Source: a bacterium | GTDB lineage: Bacteria; Sumerlaeota; Sumerlaeia; MVZB01 | Direction of reading: 5' to 3' | NCBI GenBank assembly: GCA_021372575.1 | Contig: JAJFUE010000152.1 | Location: forward strand, 1,995 to 65,994 | Length of the DNA: 64,000 nt | Shown: piece after piece, positions 8,904-17,944 of the stretch | Layout: every line of letters begins with the position of its first letter | Numbering within the stretch: position 1 is the stretch's first letter | Translations under genes and position numbers: made by a program | Notes under the pieces: generated by a model | What the model saw: only the letters and a program-made list of their open reading frames with translations | Databases searched by the model: none | What the model was told of the DNA's origin: nothing

Positions 8904-9325
8904 AGGTATCGATTTATTTTCCTCATGCCAGTCGTCTTGCAGTAAGCGGCGTAACTCTTGCCCACGAAACCAAGCGTCTTGAGATCAAAATCTTCATCCC
9001 GTAATTGCTTGAGGATGTGCTTCAACTTGCCAGAATCCCACTCAGCCAGCTCGCCTGTTTTATTTTCAGCGATTGCAAACGCTTTTTTGTCTTTTTCTGA
9101 CAGGGACAAAATAATCGCCGGGATATTCTTCAAGCCCAACCGACGAGCAGCTTTCAGGCGGGTATGACCTGCTCTAAGTCGGCTATCCCTGTCGCATAGG
9201 ACAGGGACATTGAACCCAAATCGCTCTATACTCTTCTCGACGGCTCCTACCGCTTGGTCATTCTTCCGTGGATTTTCAGCCCATTCTTTGATCCGGCTTA
9301 CCGGGAGTTGAACGACTTGCATCAT
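8864..9325 (-). CDS. ParB N-terminal (ParB/Srx nuclease-like) domain protein
   Basis: ...ENPRKND...GHTRLKAARRLGLKNIPAII... is a ParB-N fold signature. Its 3' end overlaps the MTase start by 40 nt in another frame. Confidence 0.6.
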   Translation of the reverse strand: MMQVVQLPVSRIKEWAENPRKNDQAVGAVEKSIERFGFNVPVLCDRDSRLRAGHTRLKAARRLGLKNIPAIILSLSEKDKKAFAIAENKTGELAEWDSGKLKHILKQLRDEDFDLKTLGFVGKSYAAYCKTTGMRKINRYLCQVMPKQNRVTF

Positions 9326-9627
9326 GTTCTGTCACCTCGGCGATTTTGTTTGGCAATGGCGAGAACTGCCAAACTCGCACGAGCGTCCCACAGATTTAGA
9401 AAAAAAAACAATTCCCTTACCGACCCTTATGAAACTTAACGACCCTTAATCTTTAGTTTTTTTCATTTTTTTGAGTGGAATATGGGCGCGCAAATACATG
9501 ATGCAGAGGTCTAATTACTAGCGATGCTCAGCTTTAAGCGGCCTAGGATCTTGCGTCGTTTTGGAGATGGCTCATGGATACAGTGTCTGGGCTCACATAT
9601 CAAGACCAAGCTGAATCTTCAAACTGA

Positions 9628-9662
9628 GTGGTGGGTCATGAAGGACTCAAACCTACGACCAA
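9628..9662 (-). repeat. Degenerate partial tRNA-Lys 3' copy (T-arm plus acceptor); internal att-like repeat between tandem elements
   Basis: tggtgggtcatgaaggactcaaacctacgaccaa is similar to the tRNA 3' end. The preceding 12 nt (ttcaaactgagtgg) also match the flank of the intact tRNA. Confidence 0.6.
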
Positions 9663-9951
9663 ATGCCCCGCCGAAACACGGCGAGTATACAACAAACCAT
9701 TATTGTGCAAATGCGAAGCGCGGGTTTTGTGTCGGTTTCTGATTTTCGGCAGACTCATGTTGTTCGGCTTTGGGCTGCTGAAATGGCCCGGTCAGATCAT
9801 GAAGATGCTGAGCCATTCGTGCGATCTCTGTCAGCCTTTCTTTGCTCGCATGGTCGTAATGACGACTGAGAACGGATTCCCGAAATGAAAGACCCCGATG
9901 GACCGTTTGTCCATCGGGGCACTTCCGATCTGATCGAGAGATGACAACTTA

Positions 9952-10123
9952 TCCCGCTATTGCGGGAAACTGGCCGCCAGTGCGGTCAAGCCCTGCGGCA
10001 ACTACTCCGCCCGCTAATGCGGGCAACGATCGTCAGCACGATCCGCATCATCATGCGCGAGCTCTTGAGGCTCTGAAAGTTATTCCGCTTCTTCATCTGA
10101 CCAATCCCGCCGACGCGGGAAAC
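9952..10123. repeat. Three copies of the hairpin motif (T)CCCGC-N4-GCGGG-(A/C)AAC in the remnant element next to the tRNA
   Basis: tcccgctattgcgggaaac (9952-9970), gcccgctaatgcgggcaac (9009-style spacing, 10009-10027), tcccgccgacgcgggaaac (10105-10123). Spacings are 57 and 96 nt. Confidence 0.5.
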
Positions 10124-10315
10124 TTCGCTCGCCTATCCGTCCAGGGACGATCACCACTGATGGACCAAATGCAGGTTTTGTGCAAGTGTCTCACCCACAT
10201 CGCAGCCATATCGCAGGCCTATCACAGTTTTTTGGGTCCGTTTTGGATTGAATCAAGCAGGCATAGAAAAAGCCCTAAACCAAGTAGATCGAATGGCTTA
10301 GGGCTTCAAACTGAG

Positions 10316-10391
10316 TGGTGGGTCATGTAGGACTCGAACCTACAACCAACAGATTAAGAGTCTGCTGCTCTACCAATTGAGCTAATGACCC
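10316..10391 (-). tRNA. tRNA-Lys (anticodon CTT), 76 nt including the encoded CCA
   Basis: The reverse complement GGGTCATTAGCTCAATTGGTAGAGCAGCAGACTCTTAATCTGTTGGTTGTAGGTTCGAGTCCTACATGACCCACCA folds as a cloverleaf. Anticodon loop CTCTTAA. Confidence 0.9.
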
Positions 10392-10590
10392 GATCGAGGC
10401 GGCCGCGGGGCCGGCTCCAATCGCCTCACCCCATGGCTTTCCATATCTTTCCCATTCCCGGCGAAGGTTTCAAGTACGAATTTCAGAAAAAATGCGTCCG
10501 GGACGCGCGTTGTGGTTGCCAGCGGCCTTCGGGTCAGGTAAATTTATCGCCGAGCGTTGCCGGGAGGGGATTTCCACAAATTGGGTCCCA

Positions 10591-11766
10591 ATGGCTTTTG
10601 ATTACGTCCTCATTGACACCAACGAGCAGATGCTCCAGCTTCTGGATGCGGTTTCCGGCGATGATTCCGTAGGCATCGACACCGAAGCCGATAGTCTTCA
10701 TCACTACCGCGAAAAGCTCTGCCTCATTCAGATATGCGCCGGTGGCCAGCAGTGGATCATCGACCCGCTCGTGGGCGGCCTGACGATGGCGCCGCTCATG
10801 GACCTGTTGGCCGGCCGCGAGCTCGTCTTGCACGGCGCCGACTACGACCTGCGCCTGCTGTGGCGCACGTACGGGTTCCGCCCGTCGCGCATTTTCGACA
10901 CAATGATCGCCGCGCAACTGTTGGGGTGGCCGCAATACGGGCTTGCCGCGTCGGTGCAGCGCGTCGTCGGCATTGAGCTCTCCAAGCACGGCCAGCGCGC
11001 CGACTGGTCGCGGCGGCCGCTGACCGAAAAGCTTCTGTGCTACGCCGCCTGCGACACGCGCTACCTGCGGCCGCTCATCGAGCGCCAGCGCGAGGAGCTC
11101 ACCCGGCTGGGCCGCCTCGACTGGCATCGCGATTCCTGCCGGCGCGTCATGGCCGGCGCGTGCAGCGAGCAGACCGCCGACCAGCGCGAGGCCTGGCGCC
11201 TCAAGGGCGGCCGGCACCTGCGCGGCCGCGCCGCCGCCATCATGCGCGAGCTGTGGCGCTGGCGCGAGGACACGGCCCGCCGCCTCGACCGCCCGCCGTT
11301 CAAGATTCTCGGCAGCGAATACATCCTGGAGTGGGCGACGTACGTCGCCGATCATCCCGACGCGACGGTCCAGGACGGGCCCGAGCCGCCCCGCGGCCTG
11401 CACGAGGGACGCCTCGCCAGTTTCCAGCGCGCGCTCGAAAAGGCCCTCAACATGCCGCCCGGGCTGTGGCCCGGTGAGCCGCACCTGGACCAGTGCCGCC
11501 GTTGTCGCCGGGTGCCGGAAGACCTGCTGCGCCGCGTCCTGACGGTGCGCGATGGGCTCGCCCGCGAACTCGGCATCGAGCCCGGGATCCTGGCCTCGCG
11601 CGAGGCGCTGAACCATCTCCTCCTCAAACATATCGAAGGCTACTCCAATGAGCGCCGCCCCGAAGGCCCCGGCCTCATGAAGTGGCAACACGACCTGCTT
11701 GCCCCGCACCTCGCCCCGATTTTCGAGGAACAATTCCAGGAACTCCCGCCGGCGCCCGATCAGTAA
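10591..11766 (+). CDS. rnd: Ribonuclease D (DEDDy 3'-5' exonuclease plus HRDC domain)
   Basis: MAFDYVLIDT...VGIDTEADSLHHYREKLCLIQI...YAACDTRYL are the Exo motifs I-III. C-terminal HRDC-like segment. Start moved to ATG 10591. Confidence 0.75.
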   Translation: MAFDYVLIDTNEQMLQLLDAVSGDDSVGIDTEADSLHHYREKLCLIQICAGGQQWIIDPLVGGLTMAPLMDLLAGRELVLHGADYDLRLLWRTYGFRPSRIFDTMIAAQLLGWPQYGLAASVQRVVGIELSKHGQRADWSRRPLTEKLLCYAACDTRYLRPLIERQREELTRLGRLDWHRDSCRRVMAGACSEQTADQREAWRLKGGRHLRGRAAAIMRELWRWREDTARRLDRPPFKILGSEYILEWATYVADHPDATVQDGPEPPRGLHEGRLASFQRALEKALNMPPGLWPGEPHLDQCRRCRRVPEDLLRRVLTVRDGLARELGIEPGILASREALNHLLLKHIEGYSNERRPEGPGLMKWQHDLLAPHLAPIFEEQFQELPPAPDQ

Positions 11767-12114
11767 TTCGTTCCTCAACTATACCCAATGACAAAAGTTT
11801 TTCGTCAATGAGCCGTGCGATCGAGCAACGCTTTCGGATTGGACGCGAACCGAGGCCCGAAGGGCCGGGGGTGAGCGCAGCGAACCCCCGGGTGCGGTTG
11901 CAAAAATGATCCGAGCCCCGACAGGGGCGGCAGAAAAACGTTCGCTTTCTGTCGCCGCCTTCGGGGCTCGGGCATATGGCGGCGTTCTACCGGGGGCTCG
12001 CTACGCTCGCGCCCCGGCTACAGCCTGCCGGCCCTTCGGGCCTCGCATCACTCCGGGTTCATTCTGATAAAACTTTTCTCACTCGCTCGCCGTTCCTATA
12101 GGTCCTATGTGCGC

Positions 12115-13527
12115 TTACTTGTATTCCCACTTGCGCACGTCGATGAAGTGGCCGGTCACGGCGGCGGCGACGGCCATGGCGGGGCTCACGAGGTGCGTGC
12201 GGCCGTCCTTGCCCTGGCGGCCTTCGAAGTTGCGGTTGCTGGTGGCCGCGCAACGGTCGCCGGGGTTCAGGCGGTCCTCGTTCATCGCGAGGCACATCGA
12301 GCAGCCCGACTCGCGCCACTCGAAGCCGGCCTCCTTGAAGATCCTGTCCAGGCCCTCGGACTCGGCCTGACGCTTGACCGCCTGGCTGCCGGGCACGACG
12401 AGCGCCTGCTCGATCGCGGGATGCACCTTGTGGCCCTTGGCGACGGCGGCGGCCGCGCGCAGGTCCTCGATGCGCCCGTTCGTACACGAGCCGATATAGA
12501 CCTTGTTGATCTTGATCCCGGTGATCGGCGTTCCCTCGTCGAGGCCCATGTAGGCCAGCGCCTTCTGCGCCGCGAGCCGGTCGTTGGGGTCGGCCAGTTC
12601 GTTGATCACCGGCGTCTGGCCGCTGATCCCGGTCACCATGCCCGGGCTCGTGCCCCACGTCACCTGCGGCTCGATCTCGCCGGCCTTGATGACGACCTCG
12701 TTGTCCCACGTGCAGTCGTGGTCGCTGGCGAACGAGTGCCACTTCTCGACGAGCTTCTCGAAATCCTGGCCGGCCAGGTACTTGCGGCCGCGCAGGTAGT
12801 CGAACGTCGTCTGGTCGGGCGAGATGAGGCCCGCGCGCGCTCCGGCCTCGATCGCCATGTTGCAGACGGTCATGCGGCCTTCCATCGAGAGGTCGCGGAT
12901 CGCCTCGCCGGTGAACTCGATGGCCTGGCCGGTTCCGCCAGCGGTGCCGATCTTGCCGATGATCGCCAGGATCAGGTCCTTGGCCGTGATGCCCGCGCCG
13001 AGCTTGCCTTCGACATGAATGCGCAGCGTCGGCGACTTCTTCTGGATCAGGGTCTGCGTGGCGAGGACGTGCTCGACTTCGCTCGTGCCGATGCCGAAGG
13101 CCAGCGCGCCGAAGGCGCCGTGCGTGGCCGTGTGGCTGTCGCCGCAGACGATCGTCATGCCGGGCTGCGTGAGGCCCAGTTCGGGCCCGATCACGTGGAC
13201 GATGCCGCCGAGCGGATTGTCCATGCCGAAGCAGGTCACGCCGAATTCCTTGCAGTTGGCCTCGAGGGTCGCGACCTGCTTGCGACTCATCGGGTCGCGG
13301 ATCGGTAGGTTGCGCGCCGTGGTTGGAATATTGTGGTCCATGGTCGCGAACGTAAGGCCCGGCCGGCGGACCTTGCGGCCGGCGAGGCGCAGGCCTTCGA
13401 AGGCCTGCGGGCTGGTCACTTCGTGGACGTAGTGCCGGTCGATATAGATCAGCGGGTCTTTCCCGTCTTCCTCGTGGACGACATGCGCGTCCCAGATCTT
13501 CTCGTAGATGTTCCTGCCCATGATCAC
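12115..13527 (-). CDS. leuC: 3-isopropylmalate dehydratase large subunit
   Basis: Aconitase-family motifs (VCGDSHT, GSCTNGR, Cys ligands CSMC). Confidence 0.9.
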   Translation of the reverse strand: MIMGRNIYEKIWDAHVVHEEDGKDPLIYIDRHYVHEVTSPQAFEGLRLAGRKVRRPGLTFATMDHNIPTTARNLPIRDPMSRKQVATLEANCKEFGVTCFGMDNPLGGIVHVIGPELGLTQPGMTIVCGDSHTATHGAFGALAFGIGTSEVEHVLATQTLIQKKSPTLRIHVEGKLGAGITAKDLILAIIGKIGTAGGTGQAIEFTGEAIRDLSMEGRMTVCNMAIEAGARAGLISPDQTTFDYLRGRKYLAGQDFEKLVEKWHSFASDHDCTWDNEVVIKAGEIEPQVTWGTSPGMVTGISGQTPVINELADPNDRLAAQKALAYMGLDEGTPITGIKINKVYIGSCTNGRIEDLRAAAAVAKGHKVHPAIEQALVVPGSQAVKRQAESEGLDRIFKEAGFEWRESGCSMCLAMNEDRLNPGDRCAATSNRNFEGRQGKDGRTHLVSPAMAVAAAVTGHFIDVRKWEYK

Positions 13528-13777
13528 TGCTCCCAGGCGCGAAATAAAATCAATCGGATCATATCAGACCGCCCCGCCCGCGTCCATTGTCAGTTCGTGC
13601 TCGTGCTTGCAATCCAAACCTGGCATAGCCAGAACCAACTGCCCCAGCCATTACCGAGTCATCGTAATCGAATCCCTTTCGTCCGCCCATCCCTCGCTCA
13701 CGCTCGGGCTAGATTGACAAAAATTTTCCGGCAATGCGCCAATCGAGATGGTTCCAAGTTTGGCGATTCGATGATGG

Positions 13778-13818
13778 GTTCGATTACGATTACGATTACG
13801 AGCACGAGCACGAACGGA
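13778..13818 (+). repeat. Hexamer-tandem dispersed repeat, copy 1: GGTTCGATTAC(GATTAC)2(GAGCAC)2GAACGG
   Basis: Direct reading of the sequence; member of a 7-copy family (see findings). Confidence 0.85.
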
Positions 13819-13873
13819 CAACTGTCGGCAAGCGCTCTACTGCACCATTCACCATCAACCATTCACCCTTCCC

Positions 13874-16800
13874 CTACAGCGGCTTGATTTCCGGATTCTC
13901 CGTCGTGCCCTTGACCTGCGCGCGAATCACCTTGCCGACCAGTTGGTTGATCACCTCGACCGCGGTGCCGAGGAGCGGCACGCCCTCCACAATCTGGAAC
14001 ACCTGCGCCGCGATCTGCAGGTCGAGCGTCTTGTCGAACCCGACCGACCCGCTGAGCTTCAGGTTGATGATCGGATTGTCGAACACCATCGCCGTGCTGT
14101 GGACGCGGTTGTTCTCGATCGTGACCGGCCCGTGAACGGTCGAGAACGAAATGTCCTCGAGCAGCGGCAGCTTGAGCAGCCCGCCCAGGCTGTGCAAGAT
14201 CGCGTTCGACACCAGCCGGCTTTGCTTGATCGTCACCTGCCCCTGTCCGTTCACCTGGTCCTTCACGCGGAAATCTTTTTTAACCTCGAGCCGGCCGGTC
14301 ACGACGCCGGAGAAAATGCCGCCCGGCTTTTGTTTTTTGCTCAGCGCCTCGGAGAGTGGCCGCAGCTCGACGTCGCGCGTCTCGAACGATGCCTCGAGCC
14401 GCCGGCTATAGACCGACCCGCTGAGGTCCGCCTTGCCGCCATAGACCGACGCCTGCGACAGGTACCAGCGCACCATCGCCGGCAGCCCGCGGAAATCATC
14501 CACCGTCAGGATGCCGTCGATGTCGCCACATTCGATCCCCTTGCACGAACCCGTCCGTGTCTTGAACGTGCCGCGAATGCTGAACGACGGCTTGAGGTTC
14601 GGGTTATACGGCTTGTCCGCCGGAGGCACCAATTCGGGCAGGTTTTTCGGCCGCCTGGCGTTCCATTGCCCGAGCCACGGCGTGAGGTCGAAGTGCTCGC
14701 CGGTCACGCCGAAGTTCAGCGTCCCTTCCGGGTTCGGCGGCATCGTCCACGTGATCTCGAGCGACGACTTCACGTTGCGCGAGCCGATGGGCGTCACCGC
14801 CAGCGGCTCGGGCGACCACAGCCGCCCCTGGTTGTAATACACCATCCCCGTGATTCCCTTGAGCGGCGTCGGCATGCGCCAGAACGTCATCTCGCCGTCG
14901 CGCATCCGGATGATCCCGTCGAAGTCCCAGCGCCAGTCCGCCACCAGTTGCGGCACCATGTGCGCCTCGTCGTGCAGGCCCGTGAAGTAATCGGCGAGCG
15001 CCGGCCAGCTCGTCGGCGCCTTGAATCCGGGTCGCGGCTCGATTTTCTGGTGATGCTCGATCGTCGCCGCGCCGGCGACCGTGAACAGCTCGAGCCCCGG
15101 CGGCGACCGCCGCTGCATCTCGGGCAGCTCGCCGTCGAGCTTCAGGTTGACCAGCCCGCCGCCCGGCTTGAGCACGCCTTCGGCCGAGACATCGACGCCG
15201 CCGAACTTGCCGCTTGCCGGCTCGATGCGCAGCTCGTCGCCCTTCAGCTCGAGCCCGAGGCGCTTGAATCGCAGCGGCCCGTTCACGCGCGCAATCGTGA
15301 AGCTCGTGCTGAAATCATCGACGTCGATCCGGCCGCCGGTCTCGAGCTTGCGCCAGTCCGCCAGCGGGCCGGCGACGCTCACCCTGGCCACCGCATTGCC
15401 GCCGAAATCGCTGAACCCGAACCGCCGCGGATTGGCCCCGTAGCGATGCGCCTGCGCCAACGCGTTCGCCAGCGACGTGGCCGCCTCGATCTTCAGGTCG
15501 GCGCGCGGATTCACCCACGGCTCCGGTTTGCCGCTCAGCGTGCCGTCGATCGTCACGCGCCCGCCGAGTGTTTCGCCCGCCAGCTTCTCGAAGCGCAGTG
15601 TCCCGTTCGACCAGCCGATCCGCCCGCCGACGCCGCTGACCTGCGGCAGCTTCCCTCCGCGCATGCTGCCTTTATTCACCGACAGTTGCGCGGTGACATC
15701 GGGGCGCGTCCCGTTCTTTTTTATTGTACCGCGCCCTTCGAAGTCGCCGTGGATCACGAGCGGCCCCTCGACGCGCGCCAGCGCGAGCGTCGTCGCGAAA
15801 TCCTTGAGGTTCACCGAGGCCTGGACCGGCCGCGACCGCCAGTCGGCCAGCGGCGCGTTTTTCATCTGGATCTCGAACATGCCCGACCCGGCGACCGGCG
15901 GCAGCGGCTCGATTGGGCGCCCCGTCGCCGCCGCGAGCTCCATGACCTGGTCGGCGATCGCCGGGAGCTCACCGCCGATCCGCGCATCGACCGTGAGCGT
16001 CGGCGACGACCACAGCAGCCGCTTCCCCGCCATCGATCCGCTCAGCGAAAGCGCCGTCGAGCCCATGCGCCCTTCGATCCGCCCGGCGCGCGCCTCGTTC
16101 GGCGCGAGGTCGATCCGGCCGTTGATTCCCGTCACCGGCGCCGGCAGCCGCGCGTCGCGCAGGGTCACGTCGCGGAAGCGAAGCCCGCCGTTGATCTCCG
16201 CGCGCGCCAGCGACGCCACGATCCCTTCGCGGGTTGGCTCGGCCAGCGTCAGCGTGCCGCTCCCGTTCAGGTCGCCCGTGAACGTCGGCCCGGCCACGAT
16301 CGGCCCGTCCGGCTTGGCGGTCCCGCCGGTTTTCCAGTTCACCCTCAGGCCCTCGACCGAGCGCGGCAGCGTTCCCGTGGCGACACCGTCGATCTCGATC
16401 GGCAGTCCGCCGTAGCGGCACGCGAGCCGCTCGACGCGCAGCGTCCCGGTCGTCATCTGCACGCGCCCGGAGATCGCGCGCACCGGCAGCGGCAACTTCG
16501 CCGACGCCACGTCGATCCCCCACGCCTGCCCGTTCAGTTCAATCACGTCCGGCGCGAGCAGGATCGATTCGCCCGCCGCCCGCCCGGAAACCTCGATTTT
16601 TTCAAGCCCCGTCGGGATCAGTTCCATGCCGTATCCGGGCAGCACGTGGTCGGCGATCAGTTCCACGTCGCCCATGCCGGCCGTGAACCGCTGCGCGCGC
16701 AAATCGTACGGCCACGGCGACTGCGTCCCGGCCCATCCCGCCAGCCCGATCGAGGACAGCGGCGTGCTGACGACGAGCCTGTCGATCTGCACGCGCCGGC

Positions 16801-17746
16801 CGGCCGGATCGAACTTGCCTGCCCACACCATGCGCGCGTAATCGATCACGCGCGTCTTCTCCTCGAGGATCAGCACGTTATCGACCTGTGATCCGCCCTG
16901 CGAGCGCCACGCGCCGTCCTTGCCGCGCTCCACGCTGGCGCTCACGCGAATCATCCCGGTGCTGAACGGAACCGGCACGCGCACCGACCGCAGGTCGCGG
17001 CTGCCGAACGCCTCGAGCCGCAACTGCACGTCGGCCATCCGCGCCGCCAGATCCGGCCGCACCGTGAGGAGAAACTCGCGCCCCGGTCCCGGTCCGTCGG
17101 CCAGCCTGCCAGAAAGCATCACCTGCCGCGGCCGCGTGTTTTGCTCGAAATCGACCGTCAGCGCCATGCCGTTGACCGACATCCGCACGTGCGAATCGCG
17201 CTCGCTCCGCTCGATCCAGCGCAGATCGACCGGCGCCACCGTGAGCTGCCTGAGCGCCGCCAGCGGCGGCTTGGCGCCGAGCTGCGAGCGTTTAAGCCGC
17301 TCCTGGAGGATGTTGATCACGCGCGGCCACGGCGCCATCAGCTCGAGGTGCTCGTCCTTCGTGATCACCCGCACGACCGTCGGCCCCTCGAGCTCCAACG
17401 AGTCGATCACCCTCGGCCCGCGCCCGAAAAGAAGCTGTAACAACGAGGCATTGACCCGCACGCGCCGCAGATACAACAGTCGATCACCGGTTTCGGGGTC
17501 CTTCAGCACCGGGTTGTCGATCGTCACGTCCGCCAGCGCGACCCGGATCGTCGAGCGCTGGTAATCGAGCGGCAGCCCGACAGTTTCCGCCCAGCGCTCC
17601 TTGAATTTTTTGTCCAGCCATGGGATCGACAGCGGATAAAACAGAATGAACAGCAGCCCGCCCGCGATCAGCAGCAGGAAGACCACCAGCGCCCGCACCC
17701 CGAACCGCAGCATCTTCCAGCGCCGCTTGATGCGCCTCAGCCGCAT
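13874..17746 (-). CDS. AsmA-family / TamB-like outer-membrane biogenesis protein (N-terminal membrane anchor, long beta-rich periplasmic region)
   Basis: About 1290 aa. N-terminal TM segment ALVVFLLLIAGGLLFILF. C-terminus ...NLKLSGSVGFDKTLDLQIAAQV...VKGTTENPEIKPL is typical of the AsmA_2 C-terminal domain. Start chosen at the Met before the TM segment (17746); the ORF is open to 17923. Confidence 0.65.
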   Translation of the reverse strand: MRLRRIKRRWKMLRFGVRALVVFLLLIAGGLLFILFYPLSIPWLDKKFKERWAETVGLPLDYQRSTIRVALADVTIDNPVLKDPETGDRLLYLRRVRVNASLLQLLFGRGPRVIDSLELEGPTVVRVITKDEHLELMAPWPRVINILQERLKRSQLGAKPPLAALRQLTVAPVDLRWIERSERDSHVRMSVNGMALTVDFEQNTRPRQVMLSGRLADGPGPGREFLLTVRPDLAARMADVQLRLEAFGSRDLRSVRVPVPFSTGMIRVSASVERGKDGAWRSQGGSQVDNVLILEEKTRVIDYARMVWAGKFDPAGRRVQIDRLVVSTPLSSIGLAGWAGTQSPWPYDLRAQRFTAGMGDVELIADHVLPGYGMELIPTGLEKIEVSGRAAGESILLAPDVIELNGQAWGIDVASAKLPLPVRAISGRVQMTTGTLRVERLACRYGGLPIEIDGVATGTLPRSVEGLRVNWKTGGTAKPDGPIVAGPTFTGDLNGSGTLTLAEPTREGIVASLARAEINGGLRFRDVTLRDARLPAPVTGINGRIDLAPNEARAGRIEGRMGSTALSLSGSMAGKRLLWSSPTLTVDARIGGELPAIADQVMELAAATGRPIEPLPPVAGSGMFEIQMKNAPLADWRSRPVQASVNLKDFATTLALARVEGPLVIHGDFEGRGTIKKNGTRPDVTAQLSVNKGSMRGGKLPQVSGVGGRIGWSNGTLRFEKLAGETLGGRVTIDGTLSGKPEPWVNPRADLKIEAATSLANALAQAHRYGANPRRFGFSDFGGNAVARVSVAGPLADWRKLETGGRIDVDDFSTSFTIARVNGPLRFKRLGLELKGDELRIEPASGKFGGVDVSAEGVLKPGGGLVNLKLDGELPEMQRRSPPGLELFTVAGAATIEHHQKIEPRPGFKAPTSWPALADYFTGLHDEAHMVPQLVADWRWDFDGIIRMRDGEMTFWRMPTPLKGITGMVYYNQGRLWSPEPLAVTPIGSRNVKSSLEITWTMPPNPEGTLNFGVTGEHFDLTPWLGQWNARRPKNLPELVPPADKPYNPNLKPSFSIRGTFKTRTGSCKGIECGDIDGILTVDDFRGLPAMVRWYLSQASVYGGKADLSGSVYSRRLEASFETRDVELRPLSEALSKKQKPGGIFSGVVTGRLEVKKDFRVKDQVNGQGQVTIKQSRLVSNAILHSLGGLLKLPLLEDISFSTVHGPVTIENNRVHSTAMVFDNPIINLKLSGSVGFDKTLDLQIAAQVFQIVEGVPLLGTAVEVINQLVGKVIRAQVKGTTENPEIKPL

Positions 17747-17944
17747 GGCTGTGGCGTGCAGTCCGCTTTCCGGCCTCAGGGGTGGCTTGTGGCGTTTCTT
17801 CACCATCGCGCCATTTTGCCCGACCACCGCGCAAACGATCAAGTTGCTTGCTCGATCCTGTTGTTGCACTATCGAATGGTTTATCATGGTTCCCATGGGT
17901 CCCATACGACCCATAGGACGCACGATCCACGACAGGAGCGCGCC

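Larger units (their letters stand above)
6289..10315. mobile_element. Low-GC genomic island integrated at the 3' end of tRNA-Lys(CTT). Tandem structure: element A (about 6334-9627) plus a degenerate remnant B (about 9663-10315). No integrase detected.
   Basis: One intact tRNA plus two partial 3' tRNA copies in direct orientation (6289-6333, 9628-9662). A roughly 70-nt sequence next to each partial copy is also repeated (6371-6440 and 9708-9780). GC content drops visibly to about 50% against a 67% background. Cargo genes are phage- or MGE-typical (ParB-like nuclease, DNA MTase). Confidence 0.75.

Noticed and set aside
6289-10315. Possibility of an intact prophage
   Set aside because: Only about 4 kb with no capsid, tail, terminase or integrase genes. 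Better described as a degraded integrative island or cargo module.
9941-10330. 129-aa plus-strand ORF overlapping the tRNA-Lys 3' end
   Set aside because: It overlaps the tRNA gene on the opposite strand. Its open frame is largely a consequence of three hairpin repeats spaced in multiples of 3. Reported as a repeat or finding rather than a CDS.
10534-11778. 414-aa minus-strand ORF antisense to rnd
   Set aside because: Antisense-type composition. The plus strand carries all three DEDD exonuclease motifs.
12109-13308. 399-aa plus-strand ORF and 227-aa minus-strand ORF (12059-12742) overlapping leuC
   Set aside because: leuC on the minus strand has unambiguous aconitase-family motifs. The other frames are GC-skewed artefacts.
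13734-14135. 133-aa ORF beginning ...FDYDYDYEHEHE... (translated hexamer repeat copy 1)
   Set aside because: After the repeat it runs antisense into the 3' end of the AsmA gene. It is kept only as a repeat, although the open F-D-Y-E-H frame across all copies is noted in the findings.
13943-16891. 982-aa plus-strand ORF antisense to the AsmA-family gene
   Set aside because: Arg/Pro/Ala/Asp-rich composition with no motifs. The minus strand encodes a protein with an AsmA-type N-terminal anchor and C-terminal domain.
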